A stretch of DNA of 52,194 nt from Acutalibacteraceae bacterium (GCA_051880775.1 JBJEOP010000065.1:1-52194), one strand, 5' to 3'; positions 17,267 through 27,289 are shown, counted from the stretch's first letter. Notes: generated by a model not told the origin, from the sequence alone. A program made the numbers and translations.

Positions 17267-18466
17267 ATGAATATTCCGTTTTCTCCGCCTGATATTGGCG
17301 AAGATGAAATAAACGAGGTTGTAAATACGCTTAAAAGCGGCTGGATTACAACAGGGCCAAAAACAAAAAAATTTGAAAATATGCTGACGAATTTTTGTAT
17401 GAGTGAAAAGACGGTGTGCTTTAACTCGGCAACGGCGGCACTTGAAATGACGCTGAGAATACTCGGCGTAAAAAAAGGCGACGAGGTTATAGTGCCTGCC
17501 TATACATACACAGCCTCGGCAAGCGTAATATGTCACGTCGGTGCAACACCTGTAATGATTGACTGTGCAAAAAACACCATACAGATGGACTACGACCGTC
17601 TTCCCGACCTTATCAACGAGAGAACAAAGGTTATTATTCCTGTTGATATCGGCGGTGTGCCGTGCGACTATGACAGAATTTTTGAAATTGTACGCAGTAA
17701 ACGCTCACTGTTCCGTGCGGCAAGTCCGTTGCAGGAAATTTTCGGCAGAGTTATCGTTCTTGCTGACGGTTCACATTCACTCGGTGCAAGGCGTAACTGC
17801 CTTATGAGCGGTTCACTGGCGGATTTCACGGCATTTTCTTTTCACGCAGTAAAAAACCTTACAACTGCCGAGGGCGGTGCAATTACATGGCGTAATCATT
17901 CTGAGCTTGACAGCGACGAGCTTTATAAAAACTATATGCTGCTTTCACTTCACGGACAGTCAAAGGACGCCCTTGCCAAAACAAAGCCGGGTGCATGGGA
18001 ATATGACATAATAGGCCCTTACTTCAAGTGCAATATGACCGACATTATGGCTTCAATCGGCATTGCACAGCTTAAAAGATACCCGTCAATGCTCAAACGC
18101 CGCCGTCAGATTATTGAATTCTACAACAAAGAGCTTGCCGACCAGAGTGTGTCGGTATTACAGCATTATTCCGACAAGGAAAAAATAAGTTCAAGCGGAC
18201 ATCTTTATCTTGTAAAGCTGCTGTGGCAGGACGAGGAATACAGAAACAGCGTTATCGAGAAAATGGCGTCCTATGGCGTTGCAACCAATGTACACTACAA
18301 GCCGCTGCCTATGCTTAGTGCTTACAGGCGTATGGGCTTTGACATAAACGATTTCCCGAATGCCTATAATATGTACAAAAACGAAATTACACTGCCGCTT
18401 TATTCAAAGCTGACCGACGAACAGGCACAGTATGTTGTTGACTGCTTTAAAAAGGCACTCAAATAA
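17267..18466 (+). CDS. DegT/DnrJ/EryC1/StrS-family PLP-dependent aminotransferase
   Basis: The N-terminus reads IPFSPPDIGEDEINEV..TLKSGWITTGPK. The PLP-lysine region is FSFHAVKNLTTAEGGAI. ATG 17267 follows RBS GGGGGAAAG. Confidence 0.85.
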   Translation: MNIPFSPPDIGEDEINEVVNTLKSGWITTGPKTKKFENMLTNFCMSEKTVCFNSATAALEMTLRILGVKKGDEVIVPAYTYTASASVICHVGATPVMIDCAKNTIQMDYDRLPDLINERTKVIIPVDIGGVPCDYDRIFEIVRSKRSLFRAASPLQEIFGRVIVLADGSHSLGARRNCLMSGSLADFTAFSFHAVKNLTTAEGGAITWRNHSELDSDELYKNYMLLSLHGQSKDALAKTKPGAWEYDIIGPYFKCNMTDIMASIGIAQLKRYPSMLKRRRQIIEFYNKELADQSVSVLQHYSDKEKISSSGHLYLVKLLWQDEEYRNSVIEKMASYGVATNVHYKPLPMLSAYRRMGFDINDFPNAYNMYKNEITLPLYSKLTDEQAQYVVDCFKKALK

Positions 18467-18584
18467 TTTTCTTGATTATTGGCTGAGTTTAGTTTAAAAT
18501 AAATATTAAATTGCTTTCTTGCTGCCATAGTCAGCGGAAAGAAAGCATCACTCACAACAAAGTTATATTCTTGGAGGAAGTAAG

Positions 18585-20171
18585 TTGCCTACTAATAGAG
18601 AGTTAATAGAAAAAAGAAGAACATTTGCGATAATCTCGCACCCTGACGCAGGAAAAACAACACTTACCGAAAAGCTCCTGCTTTATACCGGAACCATTCA
18701 GCTTGCAGGCTCGGTAAAGGGCAAAAAGACCGACAAACACGCAGTTTCCGACTGGATGGAGATAGAAAAGCAGAGGGGTATTTCGGTTACCTCATCGGTT
18801 ATGCAGTTCAACTATAACGGCTATTGCATAAATATCATTGATACCCCCGGACATCAGGACTTTTCGGAGGATACTTACAGAACGCTTATGGCGGCTGATT
18901 CCGCAGTAATGGTAATTGATGCGTCAAAGGGTGTTGAGGCTCAGACGAGAAAACTTTTCAAAGTATGCGTTATGCGTCATATCCCGATTTTTACCTTCAT
19001 CAATAAAATGGACAGAGAGTCAAAAAGCCCCTACGAACTTCTTGAAGACATCGAGGAGGTTCTCGGAATACACACCTGTCCTATGAACTGGCCCATCGGC
19101 TGCGGCAGGGATTTCAAGGGGGTTTATGACTTTGCAAGCAAGGAAATTCTTGCGTTCACCGCCAACAACGGTCAGCGTGAGGTTGAAATGGACGAGCTTA
19201 AAGTAACAGACCCTGACCTCAAAGACAGACTCGGCGAAACACTTGCACAGACGCTTCTTGACGATATTGAGCTGCTTGAAGGTGCAGGCGACAGCCTTGA
19301 TATTGACGAAGTACACAAGGGAAATCTTACACCTGTGTTTTTCGGCTCGGCACTTACGAATTTCGGCGTTGAGCCGTTCCTTGCGGAATTTCTGAAAATG
19401 ACGACGCCGCCGTTGCCACGGAAAACCGTTGACGGCGAGGTTGACCCGTTTGATGATAATTTTTCTGCCTTTGTGTTCAAAATTCAGGCGAATATGAACA
19501 AGGCTCACCGTGACCGTATAGCGTTTATGCGTATCTGTTCGGGAAAATATGACAAGACAATGGAAGTCTGTCATATTCAGGGCAACAAGAAAATGCGTCT
19601 TTCTCAGCCTCAGCAGCTTATGGCACAGGACAGAGAGGTTATTAGCGAGGCATACGCAGGAGATATTATCGGAGTGTTTGACCCCGGAATTTTCTCAATA
19701 GGCGACACTGTATGTTCACCGTCAAAGAAGGTTAAGTTTGAGGGTATTCCTACCTTTGCCCCTGAGCATTTTGCGATGGTACGGCTTAAAGATACTATGA
19801 AAAGAAAACAGTTCGTCAAGGGTATTACTCAGATTGCACAGGAGGGTGCAATTCAGATATTCCAGACTCTCGGCGGCGGTATGGAGGAAGTAATTGTAGG
19901 CGTTGTCGGCGTGTTGCAGTTTGAGGTTCTTGAATACAGACTGAAAAACGAATACAATGTTGATATTATTCTCGAAAATATGCCGTATGAGCTTATACGC
20001 TGGATTGAAAATGACGACATTGACCCCAAAACTCTCAATCTTACTTCCGACACAAAGAGAATACAGGACCTTAAAGGCAAACATCTTCTTCTGTTTTCAA
20101 GCGAATGGAACATCAACTGGGCAACCGAACACAACAAAGGTCTTGTTCTCACTGATTTCAGCAAGAACTGA
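18585..20171 (+). CDS. prfC: Peptide chain release factor 3
   Basis: RRTFAIISHPDAGKTTLTEKLLL...IIDTPGHQDFSEDTYR is a GTPase with RF3-specific context. It uses a TTG start after RBS GGAGGAAG. Confidence 0.9.
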   Translation: MPTNRELIEKRRTFAIISHPDAGKTTLTEKLLLYTGTIQLAGSVKGKKTDKHAVSDWMEIEKQRGISVTSSVMQFNYNGYCINIIDTPGHQDFSEDTYRTLMAADSAVMVIDASKGVEAQTRKLFKVCVMRHIPIFTFINKMDRESKSPYELLEDIEEVLGIHTCPMNWPIGCGRDFKGVYDFASKEILAFTANNGQREVEMDELKVTDPDLKDRLGETLAQTLLDDIELLEGAGDSLDIDEVHKGNLTPVFFGSALTNFGVEPFLAEFLKMTTPPLPRKTVDGEVDPFDDNFSAFVFKIQANMNKAHRDRIAFMRICSGKYDKTMEVCHIQGNKKMRLSQPQQLMAQDREVISEAYAGDIIGVFDPGIFSIGDTVCSPSKKVKFEGIPTFAPEHFAMVRLKDTMKRKQFVKGITQIAQEGAIQIFQTLGGGMEEVIVGVVGVLQFEVLEYRLKNEYNVDIILENMPYELIRWIENDDIDPKTLNLTSDTKRIQDLKGKHLLLFSSEWNINWATEHNKGLVLTDFSKN

Positions 20172-20181
20172 CCTTAATAAT

Positions 20182-20213
20182 AATGCGGAATTCGTAATGC
20201 GTGATGCGTAATT
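20182..20213 (+). repeat. Heptad-type short tandem repeat (AATGCGGAATTCGTAATGCGTGATGCGTAATT)
   Basis: A 25-nt core is 20/25 identical to the 17178-17209 repeat, and four of the five differences are A to G. It lies 11 nt after the prfC stop. Confidence 0.55.
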
Positions 20214-20290
20214 ATTGTGACAGCGGTCAGTTTGTACGCAGAAGATAAGCAATAAACGAACACATAAAATACCGTCAAAGGAGGGTTAAT

Positions 20291-20662
20291 ATGCATTTGC
20301 AGGAATCCGGAGAAATGTATCTTGAAACCATACTGATTTTATTGAATCAAAAAAGCACTGTACGTTCAATAGATATTGCCGAATATATGGGATTTTCAAA
20401 GCCGAGTGTGAGCCGTGCGGTCGGACTGCTCAAAAACGGCGGATATATTGTTGTTGACTCAGACGGATTTATTACGCTTACTGAGGCAGGCTTTGAGGTG
20501 GCAAACAAAATGTACGAACGCCACATAATGCTCACCGCTTTTTTGATACAACTGGGAGTTGACGGTACAACCGCCGTAAATGATGCCTGCAAAATAGAAC
20601 ACGACATCAGCGACAAAACCTTTGAGGCAATAAAGAAGCATATGAATGAATTTCAGAATTAA
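20291..20662 (+). CDS. DtxR/MntR-family metal-dependent transcriptional repressor (123 aa)
   Basis: It has the ESGEMYLETILIL...VRSIDIAEYMGFSKPSVSRAV..L...GYI winged-helix domain plus the dimerisation helix ERH..L..FL...GV. Confidence 0.8.
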   Translation: MHLQESGEMYLETILILLNQKSTVRSIDIAEYMGFSKPSVSRAVGLLKNGGYIVVDSDGFITLTEAGFEVANKMYERHIMLTAFLIQLGVDGTTAVNDACKIEHDISDKTFEAIKKHMNEFQN

Positions 20663-20700
20663 AGAGTTAAAAAACGCAGACGAAAAGGAGAACTTTTAAG

Positions 20701-21036
20701 ATGACTTTTGAGGAATGTTATAAGGTTGTTGAAGGTCGCTTTAACGCAACGGATTTGTCAAAGGCTGACACTGACTTTTCAGGTATGATATGTCTTGAAA
20801 ACAAGCAAAATCCCTCAGACAGCGGATATATATATCTTTCGTACATAAACCGTGAAAAGTATATTGAACCCGTCAAGCACAACAAAGCCAATATTGTTGT
20901 AACACTTTCAAACAATACATTTGAAAGCATCTGTAAAGGACAAATAGGTGCATTCAAGGCATTTACAACCGGTCAGATCAAGGCAAAGGGCAATATTTTT
21001 CTTGCTCTCTCTATTTATAAAAAGCTAAAATCATAA
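20701..21036 (+). CDS. SCP2 sterol-carrier-like domain protein (111 aa)
   Basis: The C-terminal FKAFTTGQIKAKGNIFLALSIYKKL is typical of SCP2-fold proteins. Confidence 0.6.
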   Translation: MTFEECYKVVEGRFNATDLSKADTDFSGMICLENKQNPSDSGYIYLSYINREKYIEPVKHNKANIVVTLSNNTFESICKGQIGAFKAFTTGQIKAKGNIFLALSIYKKLKS

Positions 21037-21044
21037 GAACATTA

Positions 21045-21082
21045 AAAACGGCAGAAGCTTTATTTTGCCGTTTTATTTTTTG
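21045..21082 (+). terminator. Intrinsic terminator
   Basis: Stem AAAACGGCA / TGCCGTTTT followed by a T-run. Confidence 0.7.
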
Positions 21083-21532
21083 CCTCAGAGCTGACAAAAT
21101 ATATTAAAATTTATATTCTGATACGATTATGATACAAACGAATGATATTATAAAAAATACTGAAAATTTAACAATCTGTAATTTTTGTCAAAAGGTATTG
21201 ACAGACAGCAGGTATATGGTGTATAACTGTACTATTGCTGATAGTACACAAGACCGTTATTCATACATTGACAAAAGCTGTATTAAATATAATGATTGTT
21301 TAAAGCATAATCAGAACGATAATTAAGCAACCGTTACAGAATAATTAAAAAATATGGCTATTATTGCCGTAATAATAATGGCAATCCCGATTGTTTTCGG
21401 GATTTTAACTATTGAAATTGCTTGAATTTTTGCTATAATGTACAAAGGCAATATCAATAAAGTGAAAAATATCCTGATTTATAAGGCTGAGTTATTGCAG
21501 TCATATATTTTTGACAGCTTAAAAGGAGTATT

Positions 21533-23041
21533 ATGAAAAGTATAACCGAATTTCTTGAACAGACTGCCGAGCGTTATCCGGACAAGCCTGCATTTACTGA
21601 CGAAAAAATTTCTGCTGATTACAAAACCTTTACACAAAAGGCACAGCAAATCGGTACGGCACTTACATCTCTTAATAAGAGAAATGCAGCCGTTGCAATC
21701 TATATGAATAAAAGCGTTGCCTGTGCCGAAAGTATGTTCGGCGTTGCATACAGCGGAAATTTTTATATTGTCGTTGACTCAAAAATGCCGCTTGAAAGAA
21801 TAAAATCAACCTTTGGTGTTGTAAATCCTGTTGCAGTCATCACCGAAAAGGAGCTTGCAGACAACATAAGAGAAACAGGCTTTGAGGGCAGTGTGTTCAT
21901 CTGTGACGAAATTGCAGAAACACCCGTTGACACAGAAAAGCTGAAAGCTGTAAGGGATAAAATGATAGACACCGACCCGCTGTACTGTCTTTTTACATCA
22001 GGCTCAACAGGAGTGCCAAAGGGTACGGTAATAAGCCATAAGAATGTAATTGCTTACAGCGAATGGGTTGTTGAAACCTTTGATATAAATTCTGAAACCG
22101 TTTTCGGAAGTCAGACGCCGTTCTATTTCAGTATGTCTGTTACTGATGTGTTCAGCACAATAAGAACAGGTGCAGAGCTTGTTATTATTCCGAAACAGTA
22201 TTTTTCTTTCCCTGTAAAGCTCATAGAGTTTATGAATAACCACAAGGTAAATACTGTTTACTGGGTTCCGTCGGCACTGTGTATTGTCGCAAATCTTAAT
22301 TTGTTTAAATATACCAAACCCGAATATCTTAAAAAAGTGCTTTTTGCAGGCGAGGTTATGCCTACAAAACAGCTTAACTACTGGATTTCATACTTCCCTG
22401 ACGTATTTTATGCAAATCTTTTCGGGCCTACCGAAACTACCGATATATGTACATACTATGTTGTAAACCGCAGCTTTGAGGACGGCGAGTCACTGCCTAT
22501 CGGAAATGCCTGCAACAACTGCGACGTTATGGTTGTAAACGACGAGGGAAAAGAGTGTAAAACGGGTGAAGAGGGAGAGCTTTTTGTAAGAGGTTCATTC
22601 CTTGCCGCAGGATATTACAACAATCCCGAAAAAACAAACGCCGTATTTGTTCAGAATCCGCTCAACAGTGCTTATCCCGAAACGGTGTATAAAACAGGCG
22701 ATATTGTAAAGTACAACGAATACGGAGAATTGATTTACTGCGGCCGAAAAGATTTTCAGATAAAGCATATGGGCTACCGTATTGAACTCGGTGAAATTGA
22801 GGCGGCTGCCGGTGTTACCGACGGAGTACAGGTAAATGCGTGTCTGTATGATGCTTCTTCCGACAAAATTATACTGATATATCAGGGAACATCGGACAAG
22901 GACGTGGTTTTAGAAAGTCTTAAAAAGCGTGTTCCCGAATATATGATGCCGTCGGAAATTATAAAAATACCGTCAATGCCATACAACAGCAACGGCAAAA
23001 TAGACCGTGTATGGCTCAAAAACAATTTTAAAACATTATAA
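21533..23041 (+). CDS. dltA: D-alanine--D-alanyl carrier protein ligase
   Basis: The adenylation motifs LFTSGSTGVPKG and YKTGD are present. The protein is 502 aa and is followed by a carrier protein and an MBOAT. Confidence 0.85.
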   Translation: MKSITEFLEQTAERYPDKPAFTDEKISADYKTFTQKAQQIGTALTSLNKRNAAVAIYMNKSVACAESMFGVAYSGNFYIVVDSKMPLERIKSTFGVVNPVAVITEKELADNIRETGFEGSVFICDEIAETPVDTEKLKAVRDKMIDTDPLYCLFTSGSTGVPKGTVISHKNVIAYSEWVVETFDINSETVFGSQTPFYFSMSVTDVFSTIRTGAELVIIPKQYFSFPVKLIEFMNNHKVNTVYWVPSALCIVANLNLFKYTKPEYLKKVLFAGEVMPTKQLNYWISYFPDVFYANLFGPTETTDICTYYVVNRSFEDGESLPIGNACNNCDVMVVNDEGKECKTGEEGELFVRGSFLAAGYYNNPEKTNAVFVQNPLNSAYPETVYKTGDIVKYNEYGELIYCGRKDFQIKHMGYRIELGEIEAAAGVTDGVQVNACLYDASSDKIILIYQGTSDKDVVLESLKKRVPEYMMPSEIIKIPSMPYNSNGKIDRVWLKNNFKTL

Positions 23042-23055
23042 TGGAGGAAACTGAA

Positions 23056-23280
23056 ATGGAAGATTTACTTAAAATTCTTGAAGAGGTTAAACCGGGTGTT
23101 GATTTTACAAAGGAAGATAACCTTATAGAATCAGGCATACTCGATTCACTCAGCATTATTACTCTTGTTGCAAAAATCAGCGATGAGTTTGATGTTGAAA
23201 TCACACCGATTGACCTTGTACCCGAAAACTTCAAATCAGCCGAAACAATCTATGCACTTATTCAGAAGTTAGAGGACTAA
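23056..23280 (+). CDS. dltC: D-alanyl carrier protein
   Basis: A 74-79 aa acidic protein with the phosphopantetheine-site motif GILDSLSIITL. RBS GGAGGA precedes ATG 23056; the alternative start is 23041. Confidence 0.8.
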   Translation: MEDLLKILEEVKPGVDFTKEDNLIESGILDSLSIITLVAKISDEFDVEITPIDLVPENFKSAETIYALIQKLED

Positions 23281-23294
23281 GGAGGAAGTAGAGC

Positions 23295-24884
23295 TTGACA
23301 TATACATCATACCTGTATTTCTTTGGGTTTGTTGGTGTCGTGTATCTGCTTTACTTAATAGTTCCCGTAAAGCACAGATGGCTTGTACTTTTAGCAGGCA
23401 GTTATGCATTCTATATGTTTATGAATGGATTTCTGACTGCTTTTCTTCTTGCAACGACAGTTTCAATCTATTTTTGCGGTATTCATCTTGGAAAAATTCA
23501 GGATAAATTCAATATTGCAAAAAAAGACCTATCCAAAGACGAAAAAAAGGTGCTTAAAGCATCAGTTACGAAAAAGAAAAAAGGCGTTGTTGCAATAGCA
23601 GTTGTAATAAATTTAGGTATTCTTCTTTTTCTTAAATATTTTAACTTTTTTGCGGAACAGGGAAATATGTTCCTTTCAATGTTCAATCTGCATGATGTCA
23701 TTCCGTTCATATACATTGCACTGCCGCTGGGTATCTCGTATTATACACTTCAGGCGATAGGCTATGTTGTTGATGTTTACCGTGGAAGATGCAAGCCCGA
23801 GACAAACGCCGCAAAGCTGGCACTGTTTCTCGGTTTTTTCCCGCAGATGACGGAAGGTCCTATCGGAAGATACGATCAGCTTGCACCGCAGCTTGTAACA
23901 GGACATAAATATTCAAACGAAAACTTTACAGCCGGTGTTACGCTTATACTCTGGGGCTTCTTCAAAAAGCTCGTGATTTCAGACCGTGCGTCGTTTATCG
24001 CAAACACGGTTTTCAATGATTACACTTCATACGGCGGCTTAACGGTAGCCGTTGCAATTATGGCATATACATTACAGCTTTATACGGATTTTTCGGGCTG
24101 TATTGATATTATGTCGGGTTGTGCGAAGATATTCGGCATTGACCTTGCACCTAATTTCAGACAGCCGTTCTTCTCAAAGTCAATCAATGAATTCTGGAGA
24201 AGATGGCATATCACGCTCGGTTCATGGTTCAAGGACTATGTATTTTATCCTGTGTCGCTGTCGGCTCCGTTTATGAAGCTCAGCAAAAAAGCACAGAACA
24301 AGCTTAACAGATTTTTCGGAAGTCTTATTCCGTCAGCGGCTGCGTTGCTTGTTGTATGGTTCGGAACAGGCTTGTGGCACGGAGCAAGCTGGAAATATGT
24401 AGTATATGGCTTGTATTACTATTTCATTATGCTGCTCGGAATGCTGCTTGAACCGCTGTTCCTCAAATTCTTTGACAAAACACATATTGACCGCAACGGA
24501 AAGTATTTTTCAGCGTTCAGAGTTTTTCGTACCTTTATACTTGTAAATATCGGTATGATGCTGTTCAGGGTAAATGACCTCAATGATTTTGGCAGAATGT
24601 TCTGTCAGCTTTTCAGCTCGTTCTCGTTTGGCGATATAACAAGCGGAAGTATATTTACGCTCGGAACAGACGCTCCCGATTTTGCAATACTGATACTCGG
24701 CGTTGTTGCAATGCTCATTGTTGCAAGTATCAGGGAAAAAGACTGCGACCTGAAAGTAGCCGTTGCAAATTCAAGAATACTCATCAAATGGCCTGTTATG
24801 ATTGGACTGATTATGGTTATAGTTATCTTTGGTGCATACGGCGATAACTATGCTCAGGTTGAATCTATCTATGCACAGTTTTAG
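23295..24884 (+). CDS. dltB: MBOAT-family D-alanyl transfer protein (DltB/AlgI-like)
   Basis: A polytopic protein with FW.RWHITLGSWFKDYVFYP, the MBOAT histidine region. It uses a TTG start after RBS AGGAGGAAG. Confidence 0.8.
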   Translation: MTYTSYLYFFGFVGVVYLLYLIVPVKHRWLVLLAGSYAFYMFMNGFLTAFLLATTVSIYFCGIHLGKIQDKFNIAKKDLSKDEKKVLKASVTKKKKGVVAIAVVINLGILLFLKYFNFFAEQGNMFLSMFNLHDVIPFIYIALPLGISYYTLQAIGYVVDVYRGRCKPETNAAKLALFLGFFPQMTEGPIGRYDQLAPQLVTGHKYSNENFTAGVTLILWGFFKKLVISDRASFIANTVFNDYTSYGGLTVAVAIMAYTLQLYTDFSGCIDIMSGCAKIFGIDLAPNFRQPFFSKSINEFWRRWHITLGSWFKDYVFYPVSLSAPFMKLSKKAQNKLNRFFGSLIPSAAALLVVWFGTGLWHGASWKYVVYGLYYYFIMLLGMLLEPLFLKFFDKTHIDRNGKYFSAFRVFRTFILVNIGMMLFRVNDLNDFGRMFCQLFSSFSFGDITSGSIFTLGTDAPDFAILILGVVAMLIVASIREKDCDLKVAVANSRILIKWPVMIGLIMVIVIFGAYGDNYAQVESIYAQF

Positions 24885-24892
24885 GAGATATT

Positions 24893-25873
24893 ATGGAAAA
24901 AGTAAAAGTATATACCAAAAAGTTCATAAGAGCAACAGCGTTTTTCCTTATTCTTGTAATGCTGCTTGTAGGTTCAGGCTATATGATGATGCCAAAAGGC
25001 AACTCAAAGAGAGACGGTATGCTGAATCCTAACGCAAGAGGTTTTTATGCGGAACCGACAAACAGCATAGATGTTGCAATAATCGGCAACAGTGACGCAT
25101 ATTCGGGTTTTTCGCCGCTTGAACTCTGGCATAATTACGGAATTACTTCTTATGTCAGCGGTGAAGGCCGTCAGAGAATGTCGGAAGCGGTAAATGTGCT
25201 TAATGAAGTAATGCAGTTTCATAAACCAAAGCTTGTAATTCTTGAAACTGATATGATTTTTACATATGGTGACAGAACCGAGGAAATTACTGATACGCTT
25301 GACTATGCCGCACAGGGAGTATTGCCTGTATTGCGTTACCACGACAGATGGAAAGATGTAAGTGCTCAGGAAATGTTCAGGCAGCCTGAATATAAATGGC
25401 TGTCATATACAAAAGGACAGTTTGTAAGCAATGCTGTAAAGCCTTGCAACAAAGACGAATATATGATTAAAACGGACAAGGTAAAACCAATATCGTTTAC
25501 CGTAAGGACTTTTCTTGACCAATTTGTAAAAATCTGTGAGGACAACGGTATTAAGGTTTTGTTTGTTCAGATTCCGTCTGCGTCATCATGGAAATATGAA
25601 AAGCATAACGCTGTACAGCAATATGCCGATAGCAAAGGAATACCGTTTATTGACTATGAAATAGACAGAAGTCAGTACGGTATAGACTGGCAAACGGATA
25701 CAAGAGATAAGGGCAACCACCTCAACACAAGAGGCGCAAGAAAGCTGACAATGCACTTAGGGCAATACCTCAAAAAAAACTATGACTTTTTTGAGGATCG
25801 CCGCAATGATGCCGGGCTTGCGAAAAAATGGAACGCTGATTACAAAAAATATGCTTCAAAAGCAAAGATATAA
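24893..25873 (+). CDS. DltD-like / SGNH-fold membrane-anchored partner of the MBOAT (326 aa)
   Basis: It has an N-terminal TM anchor and a position directly after dltB. The motifs are VAIIGNSDAYSGFSP and RYHDRW. It is shorter than canonical DltD. Confidence 0.5.
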   Translation: MEKVKVYTKKFIRATAFFLILVMLLVGSGYMMMPKGNSKRDGMLNPNARGFYAEPTNSIDVAIIGNSDAYSGFSPLELWHNYGITSYVSGEGRQRMSEAVNVLNEVMQFHKPKLVILETDMIFTYGDRTEEITDTLDYAAQGVLPVLRYHDRWKDVSAQEMFRQPEYKWLSYTKGQFVSNAVKPCNKDEYMIKTDKVKPISFTVRTFLDQFVKICEDNGIKVLFVQIPSASSWKYEKHNAVQQYADSKGIPFIDYEIDRSQYGIDWQTDTRDKGNHLNTRGARKLTMHLGQYLKKNYDFFEDRRNDAGLAKKWNADYKKYASKAKI

Positions 25874-25880
25874 TAAATTG

Positions 25881-25920
25881 AAACTGCTGTCTGAAAAAAA
25901 CATTCAGGCGGCAGTTTTTG
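25881..25920 (+). terminator. Intrinsic terminator of the dlt operon
   Basis: A 15-bp stem AAACTGCTGTCTGAA / TTCAGGCGGCAGTTT with two G-U pairs, followed by TTTG. Confidence 0.75.
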
Positions 25921-26022
25921 AATATATTATTGAGAGTAAATTAAAAAACATCAGATTATTTGAGTGTCAGTTTTTAATCTGTATTTATATTAAAATATTA
26001 TAAAAAAATTTTTTAAAAACTC

Positions 26023-26051
26023 TTGACATTAAGTTTTCAAAGTGATATACT
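26023..26051 (+). promoter_or_regulatory. Sigma-A-like promoter of the tRNA gene (TTGACA, 17 nt spacer, TATACT)
   Basis: Hexamers at 26023-26028 and 26046-26051, about 35 nt upstream of the tRNA 5' end. Confidence 0.6.
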
Positions 26052-26085
26052 AATTAAGCACTTTAAAAAAGAGATAGTTATATAT

Positions 26086-26162
<77 letters not shown>

Positions 26163-26172
26163 CAAATTTATG

Positions 26173-26211
26173 AAAAACGCTTGTAAATGTAACAGTTTAC
26201 AAGCGTTTTTT
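26173..26211 (+). terminator. Intrinsic terminator after the tRNA
   Basis: Stem AAAAACGCTTGTAAA / TTTACAAGCGTTTTT followed by T. Confidence 0.8.
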
Positions 26212-26381
26212 GTTATATATAACGAAATTTTTAAAAATTGTACCAGTAGTGAGTAATAATCAGAAATTCATTACCCTTAAAATACCCATATTGCTTGAAA
26301 ATTTTTATAAACAACAGGAGATAAAATATTTTTTTCTTTCTGATAGTAAACAAGGAGTCGCTATTATATCAGAGTAACTCC

Positions 26382-26759
26382 TTGTTTCAGTCTGTCGAAA
26401 ATGTTTGCGACGGTGCAAAAATACCGACAGTCAAACAAAAAGAAATCCGTTATCTTACAAAAGATGAACAAGTCAGAATTATGGAAAACACAAAAACCGA
26501 AAGACTTGGTTTTGCTGTGGAACTTGCTCTTGCAACAGGAATGAGAGAAGCGGAAATATGCGGTCTTAAATGGTCTGATATAAAATGGAACAATGATAGT
26601 TGTGTCATAAATATTAAACGAATCATTTCCCGAATTTCTCATAGCAAGAATGAGCGTAACAATAAGAAAAATATAAAAAAGACTCTTGTTGTTGAAGCTG
26701 AAACAAAAACCGAAAAAAGCAAAAGAGAAACAGCTTTTACAAAAAGCATTGGAAGTTGA
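26382..26759 (+). pseudogene. Tyrosine-recombinase (phage integrase family) fragment containing only the start of the catalytic domain
   Basis: RYLTKDEQVRIMENTK..RLGFAVELALATGMREAEICGLKWSDI is box I with the catalytic Arg, followed by TKTEKSKRE. There is no N-terminal SAM-like domain upstream and no HxxR/Tyr region downstream. Confidence 0.65.
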
Positions 26760-27279
26760 AGACATACATTTGCTTGAAAGGCACAACAAACGCTATACTT
26801 CATTGGCTGATTATGACAATCTGAAACAAATTGCAAAACAGCTTGGTGTAAAGCCTGAGTTTCTTATAATTGACAAAGAACAGCTTGCAAAGTTGAATGA
26901 AGAAAAAGACAGATTTGTTGTCTTGCCGACAAAGGACGGTAAAATTCGCCTTGCGTTTCTTCCACAGAACAAAGAGTATATTTTTAATTTGCTTTATCCT
27001 GAAAAGAAACAGAATAAAGAAGATGTTTTCTCGGTCAACCGAAATTCAAAGGTAAATACAAGATTGAAGTCAGAAGTATTACTCGGCGGTCAGAAAATGT
27101 GTTACAGGACACTTACCAAAAATCAGGTTGAACAACTCTATTCTGAACAGGACACGAAAGAACTTTTTGCAGCCTTTAATAAAAACACACAAGATTACAA
27201 TGTTGCATTTAAAGATTGTGATGAAGAAAAGATTGATATTGTTCTGAGCGGAAAAAATACAGTCAAAAGACAAAGATAA
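26686..27279 (+). CDS. Hypothetical protein (197 aa), possibly a remnant
   Basis: ORF only. It overlaps the integrase fragment in another frame, has no recognisable motifs, and ends 10 nt from the convergent hsdR stop. Confidence 0.3.
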   Translation: MLLKLKQKPKKAKEKQLLQKALEVEDIHLLERHNKRYTSLADYDNLKQIAKQLGVKPEFLIIDKEQLAKLNEEKDRFVVLPTKDGKIRLAFLPQNKEYIFNLLYPEKKQNKEDVFSVNRNSKVNTRLKSEVLLGGQKMCYRTLTKNQVEQLYSEQDTKELFAAFNKNTQDYNVAFKDCDEEKIDIVLSGKNTVKRQR

Positions 27280-27289
27280 TATTAAGTTT

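Noticed and set aside
19020-19574. Long antisense or out-of-frame ORFs inside well-supported genes (for example 19020-19574 within prfC, 42503-43441 within the ATPase, 15257-15760 within lgt, 16726-17184 within folD)
   Set aside because: They overlap strongly motif-supported CDSs and have no RBS or recognisable motifs. Their composition is typical of shadow ORFs.
21129-21326. A 65-aa ORF in the dlt upstream region
   Set aside because: It has no RBS, an AT-rich low-complexity composition and no recognisable motif. It is probably a chance ORF in a non-coding leader.
21354-21425. A 23-codon hydrophobic mini-ORF (MAIIAVIIMAIPIVFGILTIEIA) upstream of dltA, considered as a DltX-like peptide
   Set aside because: It has no Shine-Dalgarno sequence. 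It is shorter than known DltX peptides, and I cannot see their conserved C-terminal motif. It cannot be supported from sequence alone.
26686-27279. The 197-aa ORF considered as the frameshifted C-terminal half of the integrase
   Set aside because: It has no HxxR, no catalytic Tyr region and no other tyrosine-recombinase motifs. It is kept only as a low-confidence hypothetical CDS.
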